Of a DNA stretch of 64,000 nucleotides, positions 10,921 through 20,220 are shown in pieces. The stretch spans positions 300,543-364,542 of the forward strand of contig JBQTHB010000002.1 of assembly GCA_052390235.1 (NCBI GenBank), given 5' to 3'. Both the position numbers and the translations under genes were made by a program. The notes beneath the pieces are model-generated. The model made no database searches and was not told where the DNA came from. It saw only the letters and a list, made by a program, of their open reading frames with translations. Position 1 is the stretch's first letter. The number at the start of each line of letters is the position of its first letter. The stretch comes from Deltaproteobacteria bacterium. GTDB taxonomy: Bacteria > Desulfobacterota_D > UBA1144 > Nemesobacterales > CSP1-2.

Positions 10921-11215
10921 ATTGTCATTCCCGAACGTTTCTATCGGGAATCCACTTATTATTTAAATACTGGATTTCCACTTTAGTGGGAATGACGCCT
11001 ACATGGTTTGTCATTCTCGAACGCTCCCAGTCCAATACTTTCGGGGACAGTCCTTACCGAGAATCCATCAGTTCTGAAATACCGGATTCCCACTTTCGTG
11101 GTAATGATGCCTGTATGATTTGTCATTCTCGCAGTCTTTTGAGCGGGAATCCACTCATTCCTTCAATACTGGATTCCCGTTTTCACGGGAATGACAGACT
11201 AAAGATTGGAAATGG
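10921..11215. repeat. Three tandem MITE-like palindromic elements between the GIY-YIG gene and cas7
   Basis: ttgtcattcccgaacg...; tttgtcattctcgaacg...ggattcccactttcgtggtaatga; tttgtcattctcgcagtcttttgagcgggaatcc...ggattcccgttttcacgggaatgaca. Confidence 0.85.
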
Positions 11216-11238
11216 CATCTCACAATGACATATCGGAA

Positions 11239-12201
11239 TCACACCTTCATTTCTTGAACTGTAATCCCGTTAAATAACTCCGTGATAGGTCTCGGCGTAA
11301 TCTGAACCCTACCGTCCACTTTGTACTCCACTCTCTCTATCTTCTCTTTGTGCGTGGAAAGGGCCTTGGCAAGCTCTGTAAGGTCAAGTGAGACCTCTGA
11401 AATATCTCTTATCGCCTCGTCCTGCTTTTCTCCTTTCTCAAGTCGTACCATCTTATCCAAATCCCCAATGTGGAAATTCCCTTCTTTATAAACCACCCTG
11501 AGAAGCAACCTCGGCATCTGCCCAGCCTTCGAGCGTGAGATGAGGTTTTTCGTGCCATTCCATATCCCATCCATAAGAAGCGACATATCGCCTTCCGTAA
11601 GCCTCGTCTCTTTCGCTGCATTCTCATTGGCAACGCCCCAAAAGGCGATTAGCGAATAAGACAGGAAGTACTCTTCTCGGAATGATTTTTGCCCTTTTCC
11701 TTCTACTGCGAATGCAGCCGTACCTTTTATATACTGAAGATTTACCCTATGGAGAGAAGCGCCCATTTTAAATTGGACAGGCCCGGTATGAGTTATTGAA
11801 TCTTTGTCTAGTGGAAGTGTTGTGCCGAAGAGTCGTATATCAATACACTCTTTTAAAACATTCTCATTTATGATTTTCTTCATCTCAACTGCGCTGACAC
11901 TTCCTTTCTTCATTCTGCTTCCCGCCGAATCGGTAAAGAAGTGTTTGGCTCTCTGCTTCGCATCCTGCAATGTTCCCTTTTCTTCATCTGCAAATATTTC
12001 CCTTACAAATATTTCCTTCCCCTTAAAATCCTTCAGATAATCTCTGACAGTCCGCTTGAGTCTCACATCCGTTACGAAGTTCTTTCCGGTCTCTTCGTCA
12101 ATTCTCGGTTTGTTCTCGTCAACCGGGTCGCCGTTCGGGTTAGCGTTGCTTACGTCGTAGAGAAATAAAATCTCCGAGCGGTTTTTTATGATTTCACTCA
12201 T
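11239..12201 (-). CDS. cas7: Cas7 (type I-B, Csh2/DevR family)
   Basis: 320 aa; YDVSNANPNGDP...TGKNFVTDVRLKRTVRDY is a classic Cas7 motif. Confidence 0.9.
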   Translation of the reverse strand: MSEIIKNRSEILFLYDVSNANPNGDPVDENKPRIDEETGKNFVTDVRLKRTVRDYLKDFKGKEIFVREIFADEEKGTLQDAKQRAKHFFTDSAGSRMKKGSVSAVEMKKIINENVLKECIDIRLFGTTLPLDKDSITHTGPVQFKMGASLHRVNLQYIKGTAAFAVEGKGQKSFREEYFLSYSLIAFWGVANENAAKETRLTEGDMSLLMDGIWNGTKNLISRSKAGQMPRLLLRVVYKEGNFHIGDLDKMVRLEKGEKQDEAIRDISEVSLDLTELAKALSTHKEKIERVEYKVDGRVQITPRPITELFNGITVQEMKV

Positions 12202-13961
12202 TGCTTTCCCTCCTCCATGGTTTCTTTTTTCTCATAAACGATATTTGTTATCTCTTTAGCCAGATTCATCCCGCAGGCGAAGTAGAAATTTATTTCGTCA
12301 TTGGAGAGCTTCCATCCGTTACCGGCTTCGAGCAGGTAAAAAGAGACGGCTTCGGCAATCGCTCTTTTTCCTTTATCGAAGGATTTATACTCTTCCAGCT
12401 TGTTCTGCACCTTTGGGAGCAGTCCTTTGATTTCTTTCTCGCTCAGTTTAAGCCCCTGAAGCTGTTTTATGAACGGTTTGGACTTTTTGTCCTCATACTG
12501 CGTCCAGAAAAGCAGTTCGGTTAAAGCTCCTAAAAGGAAAATCCCTCTCGCCGCAGGTGTTGTGAAAGACTTTCCATACTTCTCGAAAAACGGAGAAAAA
12601 CTTTCTGTACTCATTGCGACCTCCTCGAATTTGATAAGACCTAGCTTTTCAAAAAAGAGCATGTCCAGTACTGCATCTCTTACGTCGAAAAAGAATTTGC
12701 CTCCTGTTTCTATATCTAAAAAATCTCTCCTTATTTTGTTCATCATAACCTGGAGAATGAAATGAAAATCGAGATTTCCTCCTTTGAAGGTTTTATCCAC
12801 TATTTCAAGGAAATATTTATCAAGGTCATTGCTCTTCTTCCCCTCATCCGACTTCTGAAAAAACTGCCTTATTCTCCTGAAGTTGAACTCAAATTTTTCG
12901 CCGAAAATCTTATCAACCTCGTCTTTCTTCTCCATTATCGTTCTGAGCCTTGAAGGAAGCACGTCTTCAACCAACAGGAGTATTCTCTCCACGCCGCCAG
13001 ATTGCTCTCTGCTTAGGAAGAAAAAGTTAAACGTCAGATAGTCGTTTTCTTGAGACAGCGTTCTCCAAATTCTGTTCTCTCTTACTACTATCTCCTTCTT
13101 GTCTGTGAGGCTTTGCTCATGTTTATTTATCATTTCAAAAATTCGGAATATTCTCTCTCTCAGTTCATCGCCGCCGAACATAAATTTAGGGACAATATAG
13201 TAACGCAGCCCGTAGAAGCTAAATCCGAGATTTGCCAAAACGAACTTCTTCCCTTCCTCAAGGCTCTGCTTGCACTCTCCGCAAACCGGATAATTCTTCC
13301 AAGCCTCTTCTTTCCTAAACCCGCCGCTTATAAATCCTGGCTTGTCATTCGTATAAAACTTGAAAATATCAACTACAAATACTGCATCTTTTGTCTTACT
13401 ACATAGCGAGCAGAGCTTGTCCTTGCTTGTTAATCTTGCATCTCTTTTAGCTGCGGCTTGAACTAGATAGCTTTGAAACGCCTCAAAGTCGCCAATATAT
13501 TTCTCATCGTCTCCGTCTTTTACCTTCACAGTTAACATCGCTTTTTTCTGTGTTTCATAACTTTTGACAGCATTTGCTATATTTTCTATATCGCTGATAA
13601 ATGCGGTTTTTAAATTTGTGAGAAACGCTTTGCCGTCTTCGCCAATTTGAAAGGGAGACAAATCCATCTTCTCAAACCATCCCTGAATTTTCCTAGGAAA
13701 AGTCTTGTCAAACTCCTTTAGCATAGCTGCAGGTGTGAAATTTACTCCATTTTTAGAGCCTGTTCTGTAGAGATACTTATTTACTTTCCCCAGATCGAAC
13801 TCCTCTAGCTTTACTTCTAAGAACTTAAAACCTTCCTCATGCTTTTCAAAAACTATGGCAATTACATTTTCAGCATTCGGTTTCTCAATAAGTGTGCTGA
13901 GAAGAGTTTTATTTCCCCTCTTTAAAATCGTGTCTCCCAGTTCTTTGACTGCTTGTATCAT
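12198..13961 (-). CDS. cas8b: Cas8b large subunit (type I-B)
   Basis: 587 aa large protein immediately upstream of cas7 with a 4-nt overlap; position and size fit Cas8b. Confidence 0.75.
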   Translation of the reverse strand: MIQAVKELGDTILKRGNKTLLSTLIEKPNAENVIAIVFEKHEEGFKFLEVKLEEFDLGKVNKYLYRTGSKNGVNFTPAAMLKEFDKTFPRKIQGWFEKMDLSPFQIGEDGKAFLTNLKTAFISDIENIANAVKSYETQKKAMLTVKVKDGDDEKYIGDFEAFQSYLVQAAAKRDARLTSKDKLCSLCSKTKDAVFVVDIFKFYTNDKPGFISGGFRKEEAWKNYPVCGECKQSLEEGKKFVLANLGFSFYGLRYYIVPKFMFGGDELRERIFRIFEMINKHEQSLTDKKEIVVRENRIWRTLSQENDYLTFNFFFLSREQSGGVERILLLVEDVLPSRLRTIMEKKDEVDKIFGEKFEFNFRRIRQFFQKSDEGKKSNDLDKYFLEIVDKTFKGGNLDFHFILQVMMNKIRRDFLDIETGGKFFFDVRDAVLDMLFFEKLGLIKFEEVAMSTESFSPFFEKYGKSFTTPAARGIFLLGALTELLFWTQYEDKKSKPFIKQLQGLKLSEKEIKGLLPKVQNKLEEYKSFDKGKRAIAEAVSFYLLEAGNGWKLSNDEINFYFACGMNLAKEITNIVYEKKETMEEGKQ

Positions 13962-13990
13962 AGGTTAGTCCTCATCTTTGTTGTCTAAAA

Positions 13991-14175
13991 GTGTCATTCC
14001 CAAATTTATTTATCGGGAATCTCATACTTTAGAACTGCCGGATTCCCACTTTCGTGGGAATGACACCCACACAATTTGTCATTTGCATGATTTGTCATTC
14101 CCGCAGTCCTTTGAGCGGGAATCCAGTGGTTGAAAAAACATGGATGCCCGATTGCTGCTTCAGGTATGACAAAAC
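13991..14175. repeat. MITE-like palindromic element cluster between cas6 and cas8b
   Basis: gtgtcattcccaaatttatttatcgggaatc; ggattcccactttcgtgggaatgaca; tttgtcattcccgcagtcctttgagcgggaatcc. Confidence 0.85.
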
Positions 14176-14197
14176 GCAAACATCGTATCTTTGGTTA

Positions 14198-14944
14198 TCA
14201 ATCCCCTCTCCCCACCACCTCAAAGCAGCCGAACCCCTGGGAGTTCTTGCCTCCCAGCCCCGCGTCATAGGCGAGCTTTATGAGTTCCCTATCTCCGCCG
14301 AGTTCATAAATCCCCATCCAGCCCTTGATGACGGTATCTCTGTAGAACATTATCTTCTCGTTCGAGTTATTCACCTTCACCGGCAGGAGCGATAACCCCC
14401 CTTCCGGCTCCCTCTCGTAGAAAGCCCTGAATTTCTTCTTGGCATTCTCGCCGATGAGTTCTGCAAATTCCCTCTCAAATGGGGTGTAGTAATAGGTTTT
14501 CTTTTTCCCATCTGCCCTGGACAGGGTGCTGTAGATAGTGGCTGGCGAGAGCATCTTGATTATGAGCTTGTCTGCCTCTACGGCGAAATCCGACATCTCT
14601 ACTGCCGCGAGCCGGAGCGTTTGCGAGTGGATTCTCCCCCGCTCCCCTCTGAGGAGTTCCTCGCCGAGTTCCTCAATAAATTCTCTCATCGGAGAGCTTA
14701 CAACGAGCCTGAACGGAGAGGCAAAGGTTATTGTCTCCTTCGATTTGTTAATTTCATATTCGCCGAGTATGCGAGAGAACGTAAAGAGCCGAAATGTTCG
14801 ACCCTGCGCGGAAAACCCCCTCGTGTGGAGCATGTCGGCGAGCTTCTGTGAGATGGAGCGATAGATAAAAGCCTGAACGTAGTGGCTGTGGTGAATGGGA
14901 AGGCTGAAGCCCGTGTCCGATGCGAATTCTAGGGTTAATCTCAT
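14198..14944 (-). CDS. cas6: Cas6 crRNA endoribonuclease
   Basis: 248 aa; C-terminal glycine-rich loop GLGGKNSQGFGCFEV; first gene of the I-B operon. Confidence 0.85.
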   Translation of the reverse strand: MRLTLEFASDTGFSLPIHHSHYVQAFIYRSISQKLADMLHTRGFSAQGRTFRLFTFSRILGEYEINKSKETITFASPFRLVVSSPMREFIEELGEELLRGERGRIHSQTLRLAAVEMSDFAVEADKLIIKMLSPATIYSTLSRADGKKKTYYYTPFEREFAELIGENAKKKFRAFYEREPEGGLSLLPVKVNNSNEKIMFYRDTVIKGWMGIYELGGDRELIKLAYDAGLGGKNSQGFGCFEVVGRGD

Positions 14945-15010
14945 TTTAGGCTACGAGTGATCTAAACTATATAGCGTATTATAATCCGCGCCATAGCCGT
15001 AATAAAGCCC
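14945..15010 (-). promoter_or_regulatory. Possible cas operon promoter (TATAAT-containing AT-rich stretch upstream of cas6)
   Basis: cgtattataatccgc about 35 nt upstream of the cas6 start on the minus strand. Confidence 0.25.
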
Positions 15011-15184
15011 CCGCAATATTTCGGCAACGTTGCGCTTCCATCTCTAAGGCTCAATCCCCAATTGCTTCCAGACAGGAGGGGGGGCGTGTGCCGTACATCG
15101 GGGGTTTTCTCGGCGCGCTTAGGCGGGATGATGGGAATTATCCCGTAGCCGCCAAAGGGTAGGGTGTGGTGAGAGCGGACTGCC

Positions 15185-15439
15185 TTATCGTCCGTCTTTA
15201 TTGAACGGGATGGATATTGAAAGCTCGTCTCTAGTGAGTCCGGTTTTAACGTTGACCTCAATGTTGTCCAAATTGAACTGAGGGTATTTCCCGAACACGT
15301 TTACTAGATCCTGCCTCACGCGCTGGGTGAAATCCGTCGGAAGGTCTTTGCGCTCGTAGGATAGTACCACCATGAGCCTCTCTTTGGCGATGTCGGCGGA
15401 TTTGGGTTTTCTGAAAAAATCGAATATTGACATAATCAA
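15185..15439 (-). CDS. minE: Cell division topological specificity factor MinE
   Basis: 84 aa with a MinE-like sequence; follows minD with a 4-nt overlap. Confidence 0.85.
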   Translation of the reverse strand: MIMSIFDFFRKPKSADIAKERLMVVLSYERKDLPTDFTQRVRQDLVNVFGKYPQFNLDNIEVNVKTGLTRDELSISIPFNKDGR

Positions 15440-16218
15440 CCTCCGAACAGACGGCTGAAGAAGCTCTTTCTCTCTTCCAGCTCTGTGAATGGAATGTCCT
15501 GACCCTCAAGCCTCTTTGCCACGTTCATAAGCGCTCTGCCCGATTTCGAGTTCTCGGCAAGCACAATTGGCTCGCCTTTGTTGGTGAAATCAACCATGCG
15601 CTCCTCGTCGGGAATGATGCCAATTTTGGGTATGTGCAAGATTTCTTCTATGTCGGCAACGGATAGCATCTCGCCCTTTCGCACCTGATGGAGTCTGATT
15701 CTGTTAATGATGAGTTTTATATTCTCTTTGCCCATGGACTCCAGAAGCCCGATGACGCGGTCTGCGTCCCTTACGGACGACACTTCGGGGTTTACGACGA
15801 TGAGGGCTTCCGAGGCTGGGGCTGAGGCGGTTCTAAATCCCCCCTCGATACCGGCTGGGGAGTCAATTATCACGTAGTCGAAGCTCTCCTTTACCTTCTC
15901 GACGATTTCAACGAGTTGTTCAGGACGCACTGAGTCTTTGTTCTTCGTCTGAGCGGCGGGAAGCAAATACAGCGACTGCCCGCGCTTGTCCTTGACGAAC
16001 GCCTTTTCGACGGCAACTGCCCCGTCAACAACGTCCACTACGTCATAGACAATTCTGTTCTCTAGCCCAAGTATCATATCGAGGTTTCTAAGCCCGATGT
16101 CGGCGTCAATGGTCAGCACCCTTTTGCCGAGGGCGGCTAGAGCCGTAGCGATGTTCGCAGTTACGGTGGTTTTACCGACTCCCCCTTTGCCCGATGTAAT
16201 TACGATAGCCCTAGCCAT
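15436..16218 (-). CDS. minD: Septum site-determining ATPase MinD
   Basis: 260 aa; deviant Walker A SGKGGVGKTT. Confidence 0.95.
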   Translation of the reverse strand: MARAIVITSGKGGVGKTTVTANIATALAALGKRVLTIDADIGLRNLDMILGLENRIVYDVVDVVDGAVAVEKAFVKDKRGQSLYLLPAAQTKNKDSVRPEQLVEIVEKVKESFDYVIIDSPAGIEGGFRTASAPASEALIVVNPEVSSVRDADRVIGLLESMGKENIKLIINRIRLHQVRKGEMLSVADIEEILHIPKIGIIPDEERMVDFTNKGEPIVLAENSKSGRALMNVAKRLEGQDIPFTELEERKSFFSRLFGG

Positions 16219-16233
16219 ATTGTGCTTACCTCA

Positions 16234-16866
16234 TTATGCTTGAATTTTTTCGATATAAATCTGGTTGTCTCTGACAAATGCCTTCTCAGGATATTCGGGG
16301 GTCTGCATATCGTCCGGGGGGCGCGTAAAACACCCGGCGATTCTAAGTTGCTGGGGTTTTAGCTTCAGCGCCATTATGACGGCCGTCTCGTCGCCCCTAG
16401 CCCCTGCGTGGACGACGCCTCTGAGGATTCCCATCACCACGATATTGCCAGAAGCGATGATATAGGCGTCGGGATTTACATCTCCGATGACCAGAACGTC
16501 TCCGTCATGCTCGATTCTCTGGCCGCTGCGCATGGTTTTATTGACGATGTGGGCGGCTTTTTTCTCGGTAACGTCGGGAAGGGATTTGCCTCTGGTGTCC
16601 TTCTCGCGGGCTGTGTCGGCGCGCACTGACTCTGAGGTTTTATAACCGAGGAAATTCGTGCCGCTTTTGCGCAGAGCCTCCTCGATATTACTCTTATCAG
16701 CCTCGGCTAGGGGAATCTCGTTGGTGTCAACGGCAACCGCCGAGTTCTTGAAAAACGCGGCGGCGAGTTTTTCGTTCATCTCGGCGATGTTGGCGTCAAT
16801 TGTCTTGGTTTTATCGAGCTTTATCAGAAGCGCAGGCACGGTGATGCCCTTGACGATGATTCCCAT
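16234..16866 (-). CDS. minC: Septum formation inhibitor MinC
   Basis: 210 aa; C-terminal beta-helix-like repeats; located upstream of minD. Confidence 0.8.
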   Translation of the reverse strand: MGIIVKGITVPALLIKLDKTKTIDANIAEMNEKLAAAFFKNSAVAVDTNEIPLAEADKSNIEEALRKSGTNFLGYKTSESVRADTAREKDTRGKSLPDVTEKKAAHIVNKTMRSGQRIEHDGDVLVIGDVNPDAYIIASGNIVVMGILRGVVHAGARGDETAVIMALKLKPQQLRIAGCFTRPPDDMQTPEYPEKAFVRDNQIYIEKIQA

Positions 16867-17009
16867 TTCGGCTTATGTCCCGCAACGCTTATAAAAGGAT
16901 ATAAATGTTTATCACATCTTCGGGGTTAAAACAAGAAATCCGCGCAGGATTTTTGAAAAACTCAAACGGCGTGATATAATCTCCGGGATTTTGATTTATC
17001 CATCCCGTT

Positions 17010-17081
17010 GCCGACGTAGCTCAGCGGTAGAGCAGCGCACTCGTAATGCGCAGGTCTGGGGTTCAAATCCCCACGTCGGCT
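17010..17081 (+). tRNA. tRNA-Thr (anticodon CGT)
   Basis: gccgacgtagctcagcggtagagcagcgcactCGTaatgcgcaggtctggggttcaaatccccacgtcggct; 7-bp acceptor stem; cloverleaf; CCA not encoded. Confidence 0.85.
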
Positions 17082-17204
17082 AATATCTGCTCGAAAATGC
17101 CAGCCAATTGCAATCTATCTAAAATAAGCCGCAAACCCTCAGGGCTAGGCTCTCTATACTCCGGATACTCCGGCGGAACTACCCACCCTTTGACATAGTT
17201 TATA

Positions 17205-17350
17205 GCGAGCGGAGTCGAACTACTCAGGGTGAAGGGAAGCGGCAGAAATATTATCTCCATCTCTCTTTGACTCACCTTACGCGCTAATGCCGCTAGTTGT
17301 GTAAAAAGCGCTGTCATTTCCGCAGAATTAAGCGGGAATCCAGTATTTGC
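17205..17350. repeat. Composite repeat: family-B element (gagcggagtcgaactactcagggtgaag) plus a MITE-like fragment (gtcatttccgcagaattaagcgggaatcc)
   Basis: Shares its sequence with 42295-42330 and 9560-9590. Confidence 0.7.
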
Positions 17351-17391
17351 CAACAGCTCAGGATGCCCGACGCCTCTCCCAATTGGGGGGG

Positions 17392-17838
17392 TTAAGCCTG
17401 CCGCTCAAATAGCTTTTTGTGGTCGTAGCTCGTTTTGGTTACGACGATTCTATCTATGAGCCACTTGCCGCCGACTTTTTTGAGGAAGTAGAACTCCTTC
17501 TCCTGTACCGTACCGCCTGAGGCGCTGATGTTGGCAAGCAGTAGCACGAGCGCTTTTTCTTTTTCCACCCTCTGCTCGATTATTTTTCCGCCCAGGTGCT
17601 TGTACTTTATTTTTTGAAGCACTGCGCTTACCTCAGCCGCCCAAACCCCCGCGGGTTTATTTTTTCTGAGGGTCGCCGTCGTGAGAGCCGCCGCTTTGTT
17701 CATATCCGTGCCGTAGAATTTCGTCCACTCCACCACGACTTCAGCCGGCTTTATCTCCTGCTGGGCGAGCGCGCCGCCGCTTCCCAGAGCCATCAAAAGC
17801 CCGATAATTATGAGAAATAATCCTAATTTATGACGCAT
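17392..17838 (-). CDS. Hypothetical secreted protein
   Basis: 148 aa; N-terminal signal peptide MRHKLGLFLIIIGLLMALGSGGALA. Confidence 0.55.
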   Translation of the reverse strand: MRHKLGLFLIIIGLLMALGSGGALAQQEIKPAEVVVEWTKFYGTDMNKAAALTTATLRKNKPAGVWAAEVSAVLQKIKYKHLGGKIIEQRVEKEKALVLLLANISASGGTVQEKEFYFLKKVGGKWLIDRIVVTKTSYDHKKLFERQA

Positions 17839-17916
17839 TTATATGCCCTCTTTCTCTGCTCCCGCGCCGCTCTGCCGGGAGGGTATTTAAAATTTCTCTT
17901 CTTCGTCTGTGAATTA

Positions 17917-18264
17917 TTATTTTCCCCCCGCGCCTACGATGACCGAATCGCAGGATACGAGGTTAGCCCCGTCGGGCGCGTTCTTCTTCTTCCCCCCGCA
18001 GGCAACGAACTCCCTGAGGCCCTTATTCTCGGCGGCGCAGCCGCATACGCTCTCCGCGCCTGGGCATCTGAGGGTTATAATCTCCACCCCAGCCGCGCCC
18101 GGCAGATTGTATTTCCCCTGACAGAACTGCACTGCCGAACTTTCGCTCTCTTTTGGAGCGGGATTCTGCGCAATCTCCACTTGCCCATCCCCGCCGCCCG
18201 CCCACACCGCCGCCGTGAGTATCAGAAATAGAGCTGAAACTTTAATACCCCGAGCAACTGCCAT
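17917..18264 (-). CDS. Hypothetical small Cys-rich secreted protein
   Basis: 115 aa; signal peptide; 8 cysteines. Confidence 0.4.
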   Translation of the reverse strand: MAVARGIKVSALFLILTAAVWAGGGDGQVEIAQNPAPKESESSAVQFCQGKYNLPGAAGVEIITLRCPGAESVCGCAAENKGLREFVACGGKKKNAPDGANLVSCDSVIVGAGGK

Positions 18265-18341
18265 CGCCCTTGTCCTCCGTGTTTAGTTTATATACGAGAA
18301 TTACTGTTATAATTCCATCACCCTGCGAGGAGACGCTCCGA

Positions 18342-18938
18342 ATGAGGAAATTACTCTATATATTACCTATAATTTTACTGATAGGTTGCATTCAATCCCC
18401 TCCGCCGAAGCCGATAATAATCCCCCCGCAAAAACCACGCACCCCCCCCGCGGTCAAGCCCCTGAAGCCTAACGACGTTTTCGACGCCTCCTATGCCGCC
18501 GTCTGGAGCGCGACGCTCCTTGGGCTTAAGTGGGTGAAGTGGCCTCCCGCCTTTAGCTCTGAGGCGCAGGGACTCATCACTCTGCGCGAGGCTTACGTCT
18601 ATCGGAGTTCCGGCAAACTCCGCCGTGTCCACAGATTTCCCACAAAAGAGGAAATCGCCGCCTCGAGAATTCCCGACTACTTAGCTAAAGTTTCCCGCGG
18701 GGCTTACGGCGCGAGCGTCCCCTTCACTCAGGAATTTATGGAGGTGCGATTCGTGAAAATATCCGAATCCAAAACGCAGGTGAAAATAACCTACTCCGTG
18801 AAGCCCTACATTGGCGCGGGCAAATTCGGCAGAGGGCTCAAATCCAGCGGCTATATCGAATCCCTATTGCTTGAGCGGATACGGGGAACTCTCGTTGGGA
18901 AAACCGTCGCCGCCGCGGAAATCCTGGACATCGAATGA
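18342..18938 (+). CDS. Hypothetical lipoprotein
   Basis: Start at MRKLLYILPIILLIGC (lipobox) with a GAGGAG RBS; the ORF track gives a longer start at 18270. Confidence 0.55.
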   Translation: MRKLLYILPIILLIGCIQSPPPKPIIIPPQKPRTPPAVKPLKPNDVFDASYAAVWSATLLGLKWVKWPPAFSSEAQGLITLREAYVYRSSGKLRRVHRFPTKEEIAASRIPDYLAKVSRGAYGASVPFTQEFMEVRFVKISESKTQVKITYSVKPYIGAGKFGRGLKSSGYIESLLLERIRGTLVGKTVAAAEILDIE

Positions 18939-19435
18939 CCTCAGCACTGATAATTCTCGGATTTATAGCGTGTATGGCGCTTTTGTTCTGGCTCGATAGG
19001 GCAGGGGAGCGGGATGTTGTTGCTAGTGACCGAGAGGGGTTCTCGGAGATATTGGATTTTATCTCGGCTGTGGATTGGAATATCGCATCAGCCGAATTAA
19101 TAGGCAATCTCCGGGAGCCTAATGTAATAGAGCGGCGGCAGGGGGAGCTTTCAGTGAGCTGTAATCTGAGTATTCAGGGCTTCGATGTGCTTGCGAGCTA
19201 TTATTTCGAGGGCGACGGGTTAGCCCGCATATCCGCCGAGATGGGGCATTTCTCGCAGGCGGATTTTGACTCTCTGTTCCGCGCCGCATACAGACGCTAT
19301 GGCACTCCCCGTACTATGTCGGGAGAAGACGAACACGGAGGGGCGCTCGTCTGGAATCTGCCCGATGGAAGCGCCCTTGCCCTAGAGGAGACATCCCGCG
19401 GCAGGGCGTCGGTTTCCGTGTCGAGAGATAGATAA
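18935..19435 (+). CDS. Hypothetical membrane-anchored protein
   Basis: 166 aa; N-terminal TM helix; 4-nt overlap with the upstream gene. Confidence 0.5.
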   Translation: MTSALIILGFIACMALLFWLDRAGERDVVASDREGFSEILDFISAVDWNIASAELIGNLREPNVIERRQGELSVSCNLSIQGFDVLASYYFEGDGLARISAEMGHFSQADFDSLFRAAYRRYGTPRTMSGEDEHGGALVWNLPDGSALALEETSRGRASVSVSRDR

Positions 19436-19522
19436 CCTCTCCGAGGCGGGGCGAATGTCTAGCGGCGGGGGAATCGGGAAGACGCCCTCTATATCCAAGC
19501 GTCCCCCCGAATCTAGGCGTAA

Positions 19523-20086
19523 TTATTTGGGCAGCAGCACTTTATCAATAACGTGAATCACGCCATTGGACTGATAAACGTCGTAAGTTGAAATATTGGC
19601 GACGTTCCCTTTGGCGTCTTTAAGCACGATACTTACTCCGCCGTTCATCATTGCCGTCAGGTTTTCTCCCTGAGCGGTTTTGATGGTGGCTTTTCCGCCG
19701 TTGTCCACAATTGCCTTCTTAATGGCGTTGTAGTCGAGGCTCCCCGGCACAACATGATAGGTCAGAACGGCAGTGAGCGTGCCTTTGTTCTCCGGCTTGA
19801 GAAGCGTCTCGACGGTTCCAGCAGGGAGATTCTCAAAAGCGTCGTTAACGGGCGCAAACACTGTGAATGGCCCTTTGCCCTTGAGGGTTTCGACGAGTCC
19901 CGCCGCTTTCACAGCCGCAACTAGCGTGGTGTGGTCTGCGGAATTTACGGCGTTATCAATGATGTCCTTTTTGGGGAACATCGCCTGCCCGCCGACCATA
20001 ACCGTCTTCTCGCCGGATACGGCAAAAGACACGCCCAGAGCTACAACCATAGCTAGGGATAAGACTGACATTCTTAATACACTCAT
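19523..20086 (-). CDS. Fasciclin (FAS1) domain protein
   Basis: 187 aa; signal peptide; FTVFAPVNDAF and VIHVIDKVLLP FAS1 motifs. Confidence 0.8.
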   Translation of the reverse strand: MSVLRMSVLSLAMVVALGVSFAVSGEKTVMVGGQAMFPKKDIIDNAVNSADHTTLVAAVKAAGLVETLKGKGPFTVFAPVNDAFENLPAGTVETLLKPENKGTLTAVLTYHVVPGSLDYNAIKKAIVDNGGKATIKTAQGENLTAMMNGGVSIVLKDAKGNVANISTYDVYQSNGVIHVIDKVLLPK

Positions 20087-20220
20087 AAAGTAATACCTCC
20101 TAAAGGGTTTTATTTACTGCCTTTTAATTTTCCGAAGTTAGGGCTTGGCGAGCGGAGCAATAGCGCACTCTGCTGCGAAGCTTGAGGTTTAGGACTGATT
20201 TTTGACTCTGATGAAAATGG

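Noticed and set aside
9445-14175. ATTCCC-N8-GGGAAT core identical to the Neisseria dRS3 consensus, as a taxonomic clue
   Set aside because: The gene content (type I-B CRISPR, ACIII-like actAB, about 55% GC) does not fit Neisseria. I treat the core match as convergence or chance and not as evidence of taxonomy or the same element family.
17063-17353. 96-aa minus-strand ORF
   Set aside because: It overlaps the tRNA-Thr gene and the repeat elements and has no coding features.
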